A stretch of DNA of 55,488 bases from Octopus sinensis (GCF_006345805.1 NW_021833709.1:1-55488), one strand, 5' to 3'; positions 24,770 to 39,046 are shown, numbered from the stretch's first letter. Notes: generated by a model from the sequence alone, not told the origin. Numbers and translations are program-made.

Positions 24770-25184
24770 TACAGATGATTGCACCATGGAAGCCACATGT
24801 TAGACATTCAAAAACATAACTTAGACTCTTAACTTCATTTAATCATTCGGGCTAACCGCGACCTGGTCACCGACAAGAACAAGATTACTTCGTCTAATCT
24901 GTGAGCTTGTTGGTCGATATATCTATATAGATAAATTTAGATTCAGATAAATATGATACTTAAGTTGAAGGCACCAGAATTTAGTACGGTATTATCCATA
25001 CAATTTCAAAATAAGATGATTAAAATCAAAATAAGCAACAAGGATATCCAGAGGTAATGCAGTACGATCGTTTCATGCGACTCCATTTAATTGGCAAAAG
25101 ATGTTCTTTGTCTATCTTATCCTCTTGGAGATTTTGGGTAAAATTATACTGTGTCCTTCTAATTTAATTAAATTCTATGTCTTT

Positions 25185-25279
25185 GTGCAACTGAAGATTG
25201 CTCTACGTTTTAAACTGATGTAATGAAATGATTGCATTGTTCAATTAAATGCAGTCCGCATGAAACAATCGTACTGCAC
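25185..25279 (+). ncRNA. Degenerate hammerhead of the ACGAUCGU family
   Basis: gtgcaa-CTGAAGA-ttgc...gcat-GAAA-caatcgt-a-ctgcac; an inverted 3'-half copy lies at ~25030-25091. Confidence 0.55.
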
Positions 25280-25335
25280 TACCTATGGATATCCTTGTTG
25301 CTTGTTTTGATATATATATATATATATATATATAA

Positions 25336-25383
<48 letters not shown>

Positions 25384-25387
25384 CATA

Positions 25388-25474
<87 letters not shown>

Positions 25475-25528
25475 ATATTATATATACATATAATATATAT
25501 GAAAAAGCAACAAGAATGGATTAAAATA

Positions 25529-25612
25529 TCGGTAAACATTGTTTCGTACGAGGACATCTTTAATAGCTACAAAAAATGCAGTAAATATAGATGTCTCGTA
25601 CTCGTCAGCCGA
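25529..25612 (-). ncRNA. Hammerhead motif, same family as 8990
   Basis: Minus: tcgg-CTGACGA-gtacgag-acatct...agatgt-c-ctcgtac-GAAA-caatgtttaccga; perfect 7-bp stem II base, altered stem III. Confidence 0.65.
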
Positions 25613-25794
25613 AAAAACATCAGAGATTCCCAAACATCAAAGGGGTAGATACAAATGAAGATGTGAGTTTAACTGCATTAAAGAAAGTTCGATTCCTGGA
25701 GATCCGATGAAAGGTCTTGAACTTCAGAATTTGTGCATGTCCATATATAGTTCATATTGCATTGTTAATCAATTTATGTGAAGAATTTTTGGAT

Positions 25795-25892
<98 letters not shown>

Positions 25893-26523
25893 CAAAATAT
25901 GCGGAAAGAAGTGTGTTTTTGAGGATACATATCCCTCTGCAAAAATTTGTTGGCTGTGGAAATTGTCTTTACCGTTTGTGGATTACCAGTTTGGAACTAG
26001 TTTGGATTAAGAAAAAGTTCGCCGTGAAGGAAAGCGGTTTTGTTGTTTCTGAGCAGGGTAGAATTGTTGTGTGTTTTATTTTTTATTACAGTATATTCTG
26101 CCCAGCTCTGGGGCATTTTTGCTTACTCTTAGCAGTGTTGTGATTGTGCTCGTTAACAGGCAAGTGAAGAACTTCAACGTGAATATTTTCACTACAGTTA
26201 TTTAGGAAGAAATTGGTGTTTGCAAGCTGTGCGTGGTTTTGAACCCGGAAACGTTGGAAGTACTTTACCAGAAGGATTATTAAGAGATTTGAAGGCTGCA
26301 AGTGAGCTGGGAGTACCGTGTAGCTCGAAAAGTTTATTTTCTGCCAATGAGAATTGTACAATATTTATTTATTTTTTTGAACTGCTGTCTTTTCTTTCCT
26401 TTTGCTGAACAATTTTAGTTGGACTCGTATTTTTTTCTGTGTTTTTATTTTTTTGTGTTCAAAGACTTTTTGTTGCTTTTTGTTGAGTGACTTTTTTCCT
26501 TGTTTGAACTGTGGTTTATCGAC

Positions 26524-27553
26524 ATGGCAGATAAAATGATAACAAAATAAGACTACTGCTTTGGAGTGGGAGATTGTCCCACCCGAGCAGTGGTTAAACG
26601 ATATGGAGGAGAGGACGGTGGTGGTTAGAACTTACTCTAAAGTTCTTGATACCATCATCGTCTTCCCAAAACAAACCATTGAAAAAGAACTAAAAGACTA
26701 TTTGTCCCCTGTAAAATATATATCCCGGGGTGTCAAGCATGCAATGGTGTGATTGCTGTTCAACACCAGGGTGGAGGCTTGCAATTTTGCAAGTCAGCCT
26801 TTGGAGGGAAAAGAAAATTTGTTCCTCCCGTCGTACTGCGGGAGGAAGGTGATAAGCGCTTAGATATGTGGGCTACCCCCGGGCATAGAGGCGAATTTGA
26901 TAGGAGATACCGTCCGATGGGGCATGGGGGATAGCGGGCCCAGGCTCTTAAATGTAAGAGTGACGCCTGCGGTCAACTGGGAGGGTGCAAAGGCAACTTT
27001 GACCCTGTGGACCCCAGTGGCCGTAGGCAAAATGACCTTCCCCGACGTTTTGAGGATGGTTGGCTCCAGGTATCCAGTGATCCCCCTCAAGTGTCACTCG
27101 TGCCGGGAGTCAGGCCATGTCAAGAAGGACTGCTCCCGGGGCCGTGGTAAGGCTCCGGAGCAGGAAAAGGGGAAGGCGCCCTCCGTTTTCTCATTGCAGG
27201 GACAAACGGAGGAAGTCGTTGAGGTGTCGACCTCAACGAGAAGAAAGAGAAAGGTGAGGAGAGGAGGAGGACCCTTCGGATGTGCCGACGGAGGCCCCGA
27301 CTCCCGCAACCGAAAGAAGAAGAAAAACGGGAAACGGTCAGCGGATGTCGCTGTGCCGCCTACCGAATCCGATGTTCCTCCGGTGGGAAGTGTGCCACCG
27401 GAGCGAGAGGCTCTGTCAGTGGGAATTGTGCAGGATGAGACCTCTCTCTGTGAAGAAGAAGTTGTCATTCTCTATCTCAAGGAAAGGCCTGTGGAGTTAT
27501 ACTTGGACAATCTACTAGACCGAAAGCGATATGACACGACCTGTATAGACTGA
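26524..27553 (+). pseudogene. Gag-like ORF1 of an L1/Tx1-type non-LTR retrotransposon, frameshifted
   Basis: CCHC zinc knuckle CHSCRESGHVKKDC at 27092-27133, basic RRKRKVRR/RKKKK tail; three overlapping ORFs in different frames. Confidence 0.7.
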
Positions 27554-27924
27554 TTTATGACCTCCGCAGCTACCTGCGGAGGTCATAAATCAGAAAGAAC
27601 TGATTGAGGTCACGAAGACCCGTAACAAAGATTTTGTTTCTCTCGGTCCGGGCCTGCCGATGTAGGCTTCCCTGCAGGCGGCAGGAAACTTACTTGGGGG
27701 CCCGGATGAGGAAGACGAAGAATAATGAAAAATATATTTTTGTAATTTTAATTTTAATTTTGAATTTTTGTGATTATAATTTTGATTTATATTGATTTAA
27801 ATTGAACAGTGATTTCGCGGGGTTATCGGTCGGCGGGCGCCGGTGCTCCTCCCATTATCCCCCCCCCCCATCTTTGTCGTTTTCATACACATTAATGTCT
27901 CTGTCCAGCCAGCAGCTACATCTG

Positions 27925-28064
27925 GGTTCAGTCCCACTGCGTGGAACCTTGCACAAGTGTCTTCTACTATAGCCTCGGGCCGACCAAAGCCGTGTGAGTG
28001 GATTTGGTAGACGGAAACTGAAAGAAGTCTGTTGTATATATTATAATATATAATATATATATAT

Positions 28065-28121
<57 letters not shown>

Positions 28122-28315
28122 TGTGTGTGTGTTTGTATGTCTGTGTTTGTCCCCCCAGCATCGCTTGACAACCGATGCTGGTGTGTTTACCTACTCGTAA
28201 CTTAGCGGTTCGGCAAAAGAGACCGATAGAATAAGGACTAGGCTTACAAAGATAAAATCCCGGGGTCGATTTGTTCGATTAAGGGCGGTGCTCCAGCATC
28301 AAATAAAAGAGAGAA
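27925..28315 (+). mobile_element. SINE family A, 5'-truncated
   Basis: Starts at gggttcagtcccactgcgtgg. Confidence 0.8.
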
Positions 28316-28894
28316 ACGAATAAAAGAGAGAGTAAAGGGTATATATATTTTATATATATATATAGAGAGAGAGAGTGAGCGAGAGTGAGAGAGAGAGAGC
28401 TTTTATCTTTTACTTGCTGCAGTCATTAGATTGCGTCCATTCTGGGGAATCGCCTTGAAGCATTTAAACCGAGTGAATCGATGCTTGTACTTGCTAACTC
28501 TTAAAGCCTAGTACTTATCGGTCATTTTTGCCGATCACCAGTTGTCAATCGGTGGTGGTGGTGGTGATGGTGGTAGTGGGGGATTTGAAACACTCCTACC
28601 AGAGGTTTCTAATTCGAACTAAACTTTGTGTAGAATAGATCTTGCAGCATTTAGAAAGTTGGCAATTTCTAAACCGCTATGTTCCGCGTACAGCCATTTA
28701 AATCAAACAGAAGCTAGATCTTAGCTCTAATGACGAGACTAATTTGCATACTGTTCGTCTAATGACAACTTAATTAAATTTTTAATAGATATTTATGCAC
28801 AATGCAGTGTGTATTAGAAAGGCTAGAATCAATTTAAAGAAGTTCAATAAGTTTTATGGTCTTTTGCTATGGAATATTGAACTGGTGTGAACAC

Positions 28895-29066
28895 CAGGCG
28901 CAGGAGTGGCTGTGTGGTAAGTAGCTTGCTAACCAACCACATGGTTCCGGGTTCAGTCCCACTGCGTGGCATCTTGGCAAGTGTCTTCTGCTATAGCCCC
29001 CGCCGACCAATGCCTTGTGTGGATTTGGTAGACGGAACTGAAAGAAGCCTGTCGCATATATGTATG

Positions 29067-29101
<35 letters not shown>

Positions 29102-29308
29102 ATGTTTGTGTGTCTGTGTTTGTCCCCCTAGCATTGCTTGACAACCAATGCTGGTGTGTTTACGTCCCCGTCACTTCGCGGTTCGGCAAAAGAGACCGAT
29201 AGAATAAGTACTGGGCTTACAAAGAATAAGTCCTGGGGTCGATTTGCTCGACTAAAGGCGGTGCTCCAGCATGGCCGCAGTCAAATGACTGAAACAAGTA
29301 AAAGAGAG
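28895..29308 (+). mobile_element. SINE family A, near-consensus
   Basis: ggcgcaggagtggctgtgtggtaagtagc...gactgaaacaagtaaaagagag. Confidence 0.9.
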
Positions 29309-29359
29309 TATCTTTTTATCTTCAGACACAGAAAAATAAAGAGCTTTTTCTGACATGTT

Positions 29360-29830
29360 TCATATTTCGTTGGCAACGCATCAAAGGGCAAGCACTCGGC
29401 TCATTCTACCTCAAGCCGTCCTCACTCAAACCCCTCAAGTCTTCCACGTCTCTGTCCTCTCTTCCCACACCCGTCCAACTCCCAACCGCATCGCTTTCCC
29501 TCTCATTACCATTCCTCCACCCTACTCCTCCCTTCATTCAAGCGCACTTGTAACCTACGCGACTTACTGGTCCATAGTTCCCTCCACCTTCCTCTTCCCG
29601 ATTTCGTGAATACTCCAATTTTGCCGGACTTATTGTCACTCCCGTTCGTTCTAGCCAAGCTCCATCTCGTTCACAAAGCCCAGCAGGCACGCCGTCCACA
29701 TTTCTGATTCTTTCAGCTACACCTCTTCCGGTGTCATCTACATCCTTAAAATCTCTCATTCTGATGCATTTTATATATTAGCCAAACTGGCCACTTTTTA
29801 GCCGAGTAATTCACGGAACATTCTGCTCGG
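29360..29830 (+). pseudogene. Penelope-like element C-terminus with degenerate GIY-YIG endonuclease
   Basis: Manual translation with frameshifts: LPSFKRTCNLRDLLVHS ... ISDSFSYTSSGVIYILK ... FYISQTGHFLAE*FTEH (cf. FxCTSSNVIY..C..YIGET.R.L..RF.EH). Confidence 0.75.
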
Positions 29831-30029
29831 AAAACAGACTAAATTTCTCGCCACTTTCGCTTCGCGATTAATTGAATGATTAATTACTTATATGATTATT
29901 TTATGGATTTAAATAAATTTCTACGTACAAGCAGATATGCATTGTGATAAAAGAGTTCCTCTAACCACACAAAACGATCATAAACATCGATAAATTACGT
30001 AACAACATCATCTTCATTTTTACGTCTGA

Positions 30030-30068
<39 letters not shown>

Positions 30069-30071
30069 TTG

Positions 30072-30124
<53 letters not shown>

Positions 30125-30183
30125 CCTCTCCTCTCTCCCTCTCTCTTCTCTCTTCTCTCCTCTCCCTCCTCCATCTCTCTCTC

Positions 30184-30225
<42 letters not shown>

Positions 30226-30459
30226 ATGCTATATGTGTTATATATAGTATATATATGTATATATATATTATGTATATATGTGTATATATATATGTATATA
30301 TATATGTATATATATGTATATATATTAATATATATGTATATATATGTATATATATGTATATATATGTATATATATACATATATATACATATATATATATG
30401 TAATATATATGTATATATATGTATATATAGTATATATATGTATATATATATGTATATTT

Positions 30460-30700
30460 GAGGAGCACCTGTGCAAGTTTCAGGAAGCGTGTGAAGGCAG
30501 ATATTGAGAAAGAAGGACACATAGAATAGAAACATTTTCTATTATGTAAATTTTCTTGTGGCAAATAATTCTCATGACTTTCAATAAAATAATTGGTCAT
30601 ACACTGTCTTTCAATCCTTGCCTCAAAATATTGTAAATTTTCCAATGGACGGTGCTGAGTTGTCAAACATTTAAACCAAATTTTCTCAACCAGCAAAAGA
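30460..30700 (-). pseudogene. Possible LINE (CR1-like) RT C-terminal remnant
   Basis: LQYFEARIERQCMTNYFI and [18 protein letters not shown] loosely resemble LxSLExRR...FFSxRVxxxWNxLP. Confidence 0.35.
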
Positions 30701-31300
30701 AATAAAGATAGACTTTTTTTGTATTCCAAGAAAAACGATTTTACAAATGTATGTTCCCACGGCTTTATCGATCGCATTTTCACCTGGAATCGATTTTTGT
30801 AATTTTTTCAAGACTTATACACGCCCTGATACCGTCGATATCTACATATCAAATTTGAGCGCAATCGGATGGATGATGCCCGAGATCCTAGAAGACACAG
30901 ACAGACAAACGAGGTGGGGGGGGGAGAATTCCGATCAAAAGGGATCGTGGAAAAAAGGGGGAGGAATTCCGATCAAAAGAGATCGTTAAAAAAAAAAAGT
31001 GGGCCGATCAACAGGGATCGTGTATCACAGAAATGTCGATGTAAAAAGGGAAAACAGATTAGGTTTGTCCGTGGATAGAAAAGCCTATGGAAAAGACCAA
31101 GGGAACCTTAGGCAATAGTGTCATGCAAAAAGAAAACACATTACAGTAAGTGGGTCTCTTTTTTTCCTTTCGTCTTTTTTTTTTAGATAGATAGATAGAT
31201 AGATAGTTACGTAATCAAACAAAGGCCGCATACAGCATACCAATATATTATCGATATGAAGTGACAAATATGAAGCGGATGTGAAATTGAAATACAATTG

Positions 31301-31721
31301 GGATCTTTTCGGTTTGAACGGCAGTTTTTTCTAGCGGTGTCATATGAAATTGTCACCCATAATTATGACCCTAGTATCGATCTATTGCATTTCAATCTGT
31401 TTTACAGGGTTAGGGTTAGGGGTGGGGGGAAGGGTATCTTTTTTTCTTCAGAAATGTAAATAAACCCAATCTGTTTCTTAAACGAGGGACATATTCATAC
31501 GGCACAGAATGTTTTTTTACCTCAATAGACGGTCATTGATTGGTTGAAATTGCAGAAATTGAAGAAAAACAACAACAAATATCTTACAAACTATAGAATT
31601 TTCTCTATAAAGCCAAGAGAAAAAGATGTTTTATAAACACATTCTACCAGTATACGAAGTTTAAAATTGTTTAGTTACCTAGAAATTATGTTAAAAACTG
31701 CCGTTCAAACCGAAAAGATCC
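31301..31721. mobile_element. MITE copy 3 (no TSD)
   Basis: Both TIRs intact; the flanks differ. Confidence 0.88.
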
Positions 31722-32382
31722 CGAGATTAGACTGGTATGCGACGACCGGACGCTTCCGATTGATGAATTCTAGTAGAATGAAATTCTCCGATATCGGAGG
31801 AGTTGCAGCTCCCATGACAAAAAATTCTTGTCTGCTACGATCTATGTATCTGCTTTTATGCACCAAGTACCTCTAAGAGAGGATCTCACAAGGCTTAATA
31901 AACGCAGTATTCGATGTTCTAAGAAGACATCCATGTTGAAGTTTGATATAAAGATTACGTTTTTGTTATTAACACTGCTGATGTCGCTAATGATGTATTT
32001 ATTCCTATTTATTTACAAAGAAAGAAAAAAAAAACTGATGGAAAAAATACTGTGAAGTATTGACTAATATTATTTATATATAACCGTACATTTGATTGAG
32101 CTGTAAACTTTTTTTAATGTTCTGCCTATTAAATATAGTTTTCTCTCCATTACGATGTATATCGCATTCACAAATGCATTCATAAATCACGATTCAACAC
32201 AAGTTCATGCAAATGAAAATCACATCAAAACACAGACTCACGAACACCCATATACACAATAATATGTATACATCCATCTTCCCACACACGTGGGCAAATC
32301 TCTCTCTATCCCTCCCCTTCTCTTCACTCTTCTCTCTCTCTCTCTTCTCTCTCTCTAGATATATATACTATATATAATATAG

Positions 32383-32409
<27 letters not shown>

Positions 32410-32414
<5 letters not shown>

Positions 32415-32985
32415 ATATATAATAATATATGTTATATATGTTTGTATGTATGTATGTATGTATATATATATATGTATATATGCATGCATGTATGTACGTA
32501 CGTACGTACGTATGTATGTATGTATGTACGTACGTACGTATGTATGTATGTATGTACGTACGTATGTATGTATGTATGTATGTATATACGCACGTATGTA
32601 TGTATGTATGTATGTATGTATGTATGTGTACGCACGTATGTATGTATGTATGTACGTATGTATGTATGTATGTACGTATGTAATTATGTATGTACGTACG
32701 TACGTATGTATGTATGTATGTATGTATGTATGCGTGTATGTATGTATGTATGCATGTACGTACGTATGTATGTATGTATGTATGTATGTATGTATGTATG
32801 TATGTATGTATGTATGTATGTATGTACGCACGTATGTATGTATGTATGTATGTATATACGCACGTATGTATGTATGTATGTATGTATGTACGCACGTATG
32901 TATGTATGTATGTACGTATGTATGTATGTATGTACGCACGTATGTATGTATGTATGTATGTACGTACGTACGTACGCACGTACGC
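32410..32985. repeat. (TATG)n/(TACG)n compound microsatellite
   Basis: Direct inspection. Confidence 0.95.
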
Positions 32986-33331
32986 TAATACAAAGACTCA
33001 ATAAACATCCCCAAGAAAGGTGAAAGAAATACAATGAAGAAGAAAGAAGGAAGGAAAGAAAGAAAGACTGATTGGATAAATGAATGAAACGAAAGGAAAA
33101 AGTGGTACTTTACAATGAGAGAGAGGGACAGGGGGAGAGTGAGAGAATGTAAAATGAGGTGGGGGGAGAAGTAGAGATATGAGGAAGAGAAAAGAGGCAG
33201 AATGAGAGAGAGGGTAAAGTAAGAGGAGATGTTGGAAAGATGGCTAAAATGAGAAGTGAAAAGAGAAAGGATGAGTTGTGATAGGAAAGCAGTGAGAGCT
33301 ATAGAGGGAGAGAGAGATGTAGTTAGATAGA

Positions 33332-33363
<32 letters not shown>

Positions 33364-33454
33364 GAGAAAGAGAGAGAAGGGATTTGGAGACGATTTGAGT
33401 GAATGTTGAAGGAGTGGGAACTAAAAGCGGGGTAGATAGAAAAAAAGAAAGAAA

Positions 33455-33560
33455 GATAGATAGATCGATCGATAGATAGATATGGATAGATATGGATAGA
33501 TATGGATTGATAGATATAGGTAGATAGATATAGATAGATAGATAGAAAGATAGAAAGATC

Positions 33561-33594
<34 letters not shown>

Positions 33595-33687
33595 CCGACA
33601 GACAGAGAGACAGACAGATAGATAGATGGATAGATAGATATGGATAGATATGGATAGATATGGATTGATAGATATAGGTAGAGAGAT

Positions 33688-33748
<61 letters not shown>

Positions 33749-33782
33749 CCGACAGACAGAGAGACAGACAGATAGATAGATG

Positions 33783-33840
<58 letters not shown>

Positions 33841-33874
33841 CCGACAGACAGAGAGAGAGACAGATAGATAGATG

Positions 33875-33936
<62 letters not shown>

Positions 33937-33975
33937 CCGACAGACAGAGAGACAGACAGATAGAAAGATGGACAG
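33455..33975. repeat. (GATA)n/(GACA)n compound microsatellite
   Basis: Direct inspection. Confidence 0.95.
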
Positions 33976-34539
33976 AGATATTGAAAGAGAGACGGGATCT
34001 AGAGACAATTTGAAGTAAAGAGTGATCGTGAAAAAAGTAAGAGAAAAACGGTGAGAACTACAAAGAGAGGGGGAGGAAAGGGAGAAACGGGATCAGTAAG
34101 AGAGAAGTCACTGAGAAGTAGAGGGAGGGAGGGAGGTAGAAAGAGAGAGAAAGAGAGAGAGAGAGGTGGAGAGGGAGAGAAGGAGAAGGAGAGGGGAGGA
34201 TGATTCGAAGACACTGAGAGAAGTAAAACGAGAAATGGAGAACGTGATCGCAACGAGAGATGGGAAGAGAAACGAAAAAGAGTATAAAAGTGTATAGGCG
34301 AGCGTGTGTAAGCAGGAGTGGGGAGAAAGAGTGGGAGAGAGAGAAAGAGAATGCAAAACAGAGAGAGAGAGGAGAGGGAGAGAGAGAGTGATGGTGCGTA
34401 AGTAGGGAGGGTGGTGGAGTGACTTAGGCATAAATGGCGCCAGTCACCAGCAATATCTGTTCACGGTTAGTACGGTGCTCTATTCTCAGCCAAGGCCGTC
34501 ACACATAGTTACACATCAGTGCAGACCGTCAACCATTGT

Positions 34540-34746
34540 TGTTATTATCATTATTAGCAATATTATTATTATTATTAATATTATTATTATTATTATCATC
34601 GTCATTATTATTATTATTTTTATTATTATCATCATCGTTATTATTATTTTTATTATTATTATCATCATTATTATTATTATTTTTATTATTTTTATTATTA
34701 TCATCATCACTATTATTATTATCATTATTATTATTATCATCATCAA

Positions 34747-34818
<72 letters not shown>

Positions 34819-34828
34819 TATTATTATT

Positions 34829-34860
<32 letters not shown>

Positions 34861-34990
34861 TATTATTATTATCATTATCATTATCATTTTTATTTTTAGA
34901 ATTATTGTTATTATTTTTAGTATTATTATTATTATTGTTATTATTATTATTGTTATTATTATTATTATAATTATTATTATTATTATTAAG
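34540..34990. repeat. (ATT)n/(ATC)n trinucleotide tract
   Basis: Direct inspection. Confidence 0.95.
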
Positions 34991-35400
34991 CATTTTGCTC
35001 TTTTTCCTCCATTTTCCTAAAAGAGAGACAACAAAAAAAAACAAAGCAAAAAAAAAAGAAAGACAATATACGAAATAAAAATGAAATAAAATAAAATAAT
35101 ATAATAATAAAAAAAAACATGTAAAAGTGAATGAAATACGATGAAAAAGTGTCACGCTTCAGTGAATATCTGTTTTAATTTTTCATTTTAGCAACTTACC
35201 GCCATATTGTTTTTATTGGCATCCAGTTTCATTTCTTTTCCTTTTTTTTTACTGTCTTTCTTTCTTTTGTCTTTTTATTCTTATATTTTTCTTCTTCACT
35301 TCTTTTTCATACTTTGCTCTTTTTTTTCTCTCTCTTCATATTTATTCTATCCTTTCTTTCATTTTATATTTCTTTCTCTCAGGAGCTTTCTTTCTTTCTC

Positions 35401-35467
<67 letters not shown>

Positions 35468-35544
35468 CTCTGTCTTTCACATATCCATTAATATATTTAT
35501 TTGGTTGTTTCTTTGTTTCTTTCAGCCGTCTCTGTTAGGCTTCT

Positions 35545-35637
35545 GTTCATACATACATACATACAGACATGCATACATGCATGCATACATACATGCATAC
35601 ATACATACATATATACATACATACATGCATGCATACA

Positions 35638-35668
<31 letters not shown>

Positions 35669-36075
35669 CATACATACATGCATACATACATACATGCATG
35701 CATACATTACATACATACATACATTACATACATACATACATACAACATACATACATGCATGCATGCATGCATGCATACATTACATACATATATACATACA
35801 TACATGCATGCATACATTACATACATACATATATACATACATACATGCATGCATACATTACATACATACATACATACAAACATACATACATGCATGCATG
35901 CATGCATACATACATCCATACATACATGCATGCATAGATGCATACATGCATGCATGCATACATGCATGCATGCATACATACATACATACATATATACATA
36001 TATACATACATACATATATACATACATACATATATACATACATACATGCATGCATATATAGATGCATACATATAT
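35545..36075. repeat. (CATA)n/(CATG)n microsatellite
   Basis: Direct inspection. Confidence 0.95.
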
Positions 36076-36087
36076 AAAATATGTATG

Positions 36088-36121
<34 letters not shown>

Positions 36122-36539
36122 ACTATAAATTCTTCAAAGTGGTGCCCCAGCAAGGCCGCTGTTTAATGACTGAAACAAGACAAAGAAAATAAAGATACGC
36201 AAAAACACACGTACACACACGCACACACACACACACACAAACACATGCGTGCACGCACGCGCGTATACTCGGATTTATTCTTTCACTTTCTCCATTTTGG
36301 CATTGTTTTCTGTTTTGATTTTCGATAACACAAATGGCTATGATGCTCTAAACTGGATCCGTCACTAGCCTTATTTAACAGCCACACCCGCTGACCCCGG
36401 GACAGGGTGTGGGGCAGTGGCTTTTATCTGAGTTCACTTCATTATTGTTTGCATTCATGTCAAAGAAGGATCAGGGCTTCTGATTACAAAAGAAGAACTC
36501 GATGTCGGCATAGATCGCTGCCTACAGTAATACATCTCA

Positions 36540-37308
36540 CCCATGCGAACCGATGACGGAGCCTCTTTGTGGTCATTTCTCCCAGAAATGACTGGTACTC
36601 CGTCGGTTTACGAAGAGGAGCGTTCCAGTTAATCCGATCGCCGGAACAACCTGCTCGCAAGATTAACGTCTAAGTGACTGAGTACTGCACAAACACGTGT
36701 ACTCTTAACGTAGTTCTTTGCACGATTTAGCGTGACACAGAATGTGACGAGGCTGGCCCTTTGAAATACTGATACAACTCATTCTTGCCAGTTGAGCGGA
36801 TTGGAACAACGTGAAATAAAGTGTCTTGCTCAAGGACAAAACGCACTGCCGTGAATCGAACTCACGACCAAGTGGCTGAGTACTGCACAAACACGTATAC
36901 TCTTAACATAGTTCTTAGAACGATTCAGCGTGGCACAGAATGTGACAAGGCTGGCCCTTTGAAATACTGATACAACACTTTTCTGCCAGTTGAGCGGATT
37001 GGAACAACGTGAAATAAAGTGTCTTGCTCAAGGACACAACGCGCTGCCGTGAATCGAACTCACGACCAAGTGGCTGAGTACTGCACAAACACGTGTACTC
37101 TTAACGTAGTTCTTAGCACGATTCAGCGTGACACAGAATGCGACGAGGCTGGCCCTTTGAAATACTGATACAACACTTTTCTGCCAGTTGAGCGGATTGG
37201 AACAACGTGAAATAAAGTGTCTTGCTCAAGGACACAACGCACTGCCGTAAATCGAACTCACGACCTTACGATCTGGAGCTGAATACTCTAACCGCTTAGC
37301 CACGCGCT
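36540..37308 (-). mobile_element. SINE family C with three internal 198-bp tandem units
   Basis: Units start at 36672, 36870 and 37068; a single A-box head at ~37270-37308. Confidence 0.85.
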
Positions 37309-37714
37309 TTTAACCACTTACTGGAAATAATTCCCGAATCTCTTTCAGATCATATACTACCCAGTGGGGTAGCTAGATTGTATGCCGACTGGGGGAGCCC
37401 TCGGGTTTGGTTCTCCCCACCCGCAAGATGTACAGATTTAGACAGCAGACTCCAAAGCGTCGTCGCAGTGCTTCTGATACTATCGTCTTAAAGAAAAATT
37501 AAGAAAGAACTCGTTAGATAATGTAGTCCGGCATACAACTAAAAAAGACGTGATGGTCACGACTGGAGTTCCTTTGGTCATAGGTCTGCTTGATCAGAGT
37601 TGACCTGGGGCTACACAACAACAACAACAAAGCAAGCACACTTTGAGTATTGGTTTCCTCTTCTCTTACCACTCCTCCCACCAACCACAGTATTGAATTA
37701 CCAACAAGAATACC

Positions 37715-37942
37715 TGTTTCTTTAGTACCCACAAGGGGCTAAACACAGAGGGGACAAACAAGGACAGACATAAGTATTAAGTCGATTACATCGACCCCAG
37801 TGCGTAGCTGGTCTTAATTTATCGACCCCGAAAGGATGAAAAGCAAAGTCGACCTCGTCGGAATTTGAACTCACAACGTAACGCAGACGAAATACCGCTA
37901 AGCATTTCGCCCGGCGTGCTAACGATTCTGCCAGCTCGCCAC
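37715..37942 (-). mobile_element. SINE family B
   Basis: Full-length match. Confidence 0.85.
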
Positions 37943-38026
37943 CAAAAATATCATTGAGTGCCGCCCTTTCTGCTCTCAGACAACGAAAGTTGTTGAAGCA
38001 AGGCGGTTGATAAGATAAGGTATTTA

Positions 38027-38410
38027 TAGGCGCAGGTGTGGCTGTGTGGTAAGAAGCTTGCTTCCCAACCACATGGGCAGGTGTCTTCTACTCAAGCCTC
38101 GGGTCGACCAAAGCCTTGTGGATGGATTTGTTAGACGGAAACTGAAAGAATCCCGTCGTATACATACATATGTGTGTATGTGTGTATATGTGTGTGTGTG
38201 TGTTGTCCCCCTCACCGCTTGACAACCGGTGTTGGTATGTTTACGTCCTTGTAAATTACTAGTCCGGCAAAAAGAGACCGATAGAATAAGTACAAGGCTT
38301 AAAAAACTAAGTCATGGGGGTCGATATTTGTTCGACTGAAACCCTTCAAGGTGGTGCTCCAGCATGGCCGCAGTCAAATGACAGAAACAAGTAAAAGAAT
38401 AAAAGAATAA
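38027..38410 (+). mobile_element. SINE family A
   Basis: Head to tail, small internal deletion. Confidence 0.8.
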
Positions 38411-38652
38411 AAGAATTATATTGCGCTTAGACACAGCGTGGTCGAATAGGTAAGAAGTTCTTGTGGCAATGAAGAGATCCTGATTTCGATCCACTGCATA
38501 ACAACTGTTTTCAGGTGGAAACTATGTTGAAACCTGCCGGATAAACTGTAGCAGCAATTCAAATTCTAGTTTTGCCGTACATTGTGACACGCTGATCCGG
38601 TCTCAGAATTTAATTACATATTATGGATTGCACGTGTCAGTGGAATTCTTGT

Positions 38653-39046
38653 TTTACTCTTTTTTTTTTTTTTTACTTGGTTCAGTCATTTGACTGCAGC
38701 CATGCTGGAGCACCACCTTTAGTCGAGCAAAACGACCCCGGGCCTTATTCTTTGTAAGCCCAGTACTTATTCTATCGGTCTCTTTTGCCGAACCGCTAAG
38801 TGACGGGAACGTAAACACACCAGCATCGGTTGTCAAGCAATGCTAGGGGGACAAACACACACACACACTCATATATATATACATATATACGACAGGCTTC
38901 TTTCAGTTTCCGTCTACCAAATCCACTCACAAGGCATTGGTCGGCCCGGAGCTATAGAAGAAGACACTTGCCCAAGATGCCACGCAGTGGGACTGAACCC
39001 GGAACCATGTGGTTGGTTAGCAAGCTACTTACCACACAGCCACTCC
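38653..39046 (-). mobile_element. SINE family A
   Basis: Near-consensus. Confidence 0.88.

Noticed and set aside
31730-31930. Short ORFs next to MITE copy 3
   Set aside because: No recognisable motif; lengths are compatible with chance.
32355-36192. Many YIHT/MYVC/LSIY/poly-I/N/D ORFs
   Set aside because: Tetra- and trinucleotide microsatellite artefacts.
36672-37265. Regular repeats resembling a CRISPR array (also 42935-43525, 53126-53697)
   Set aside because: Whole 184-198-bp units repeat with no unique spacers, there are no cas genes, and the context is eukaryotic SINE sequence.
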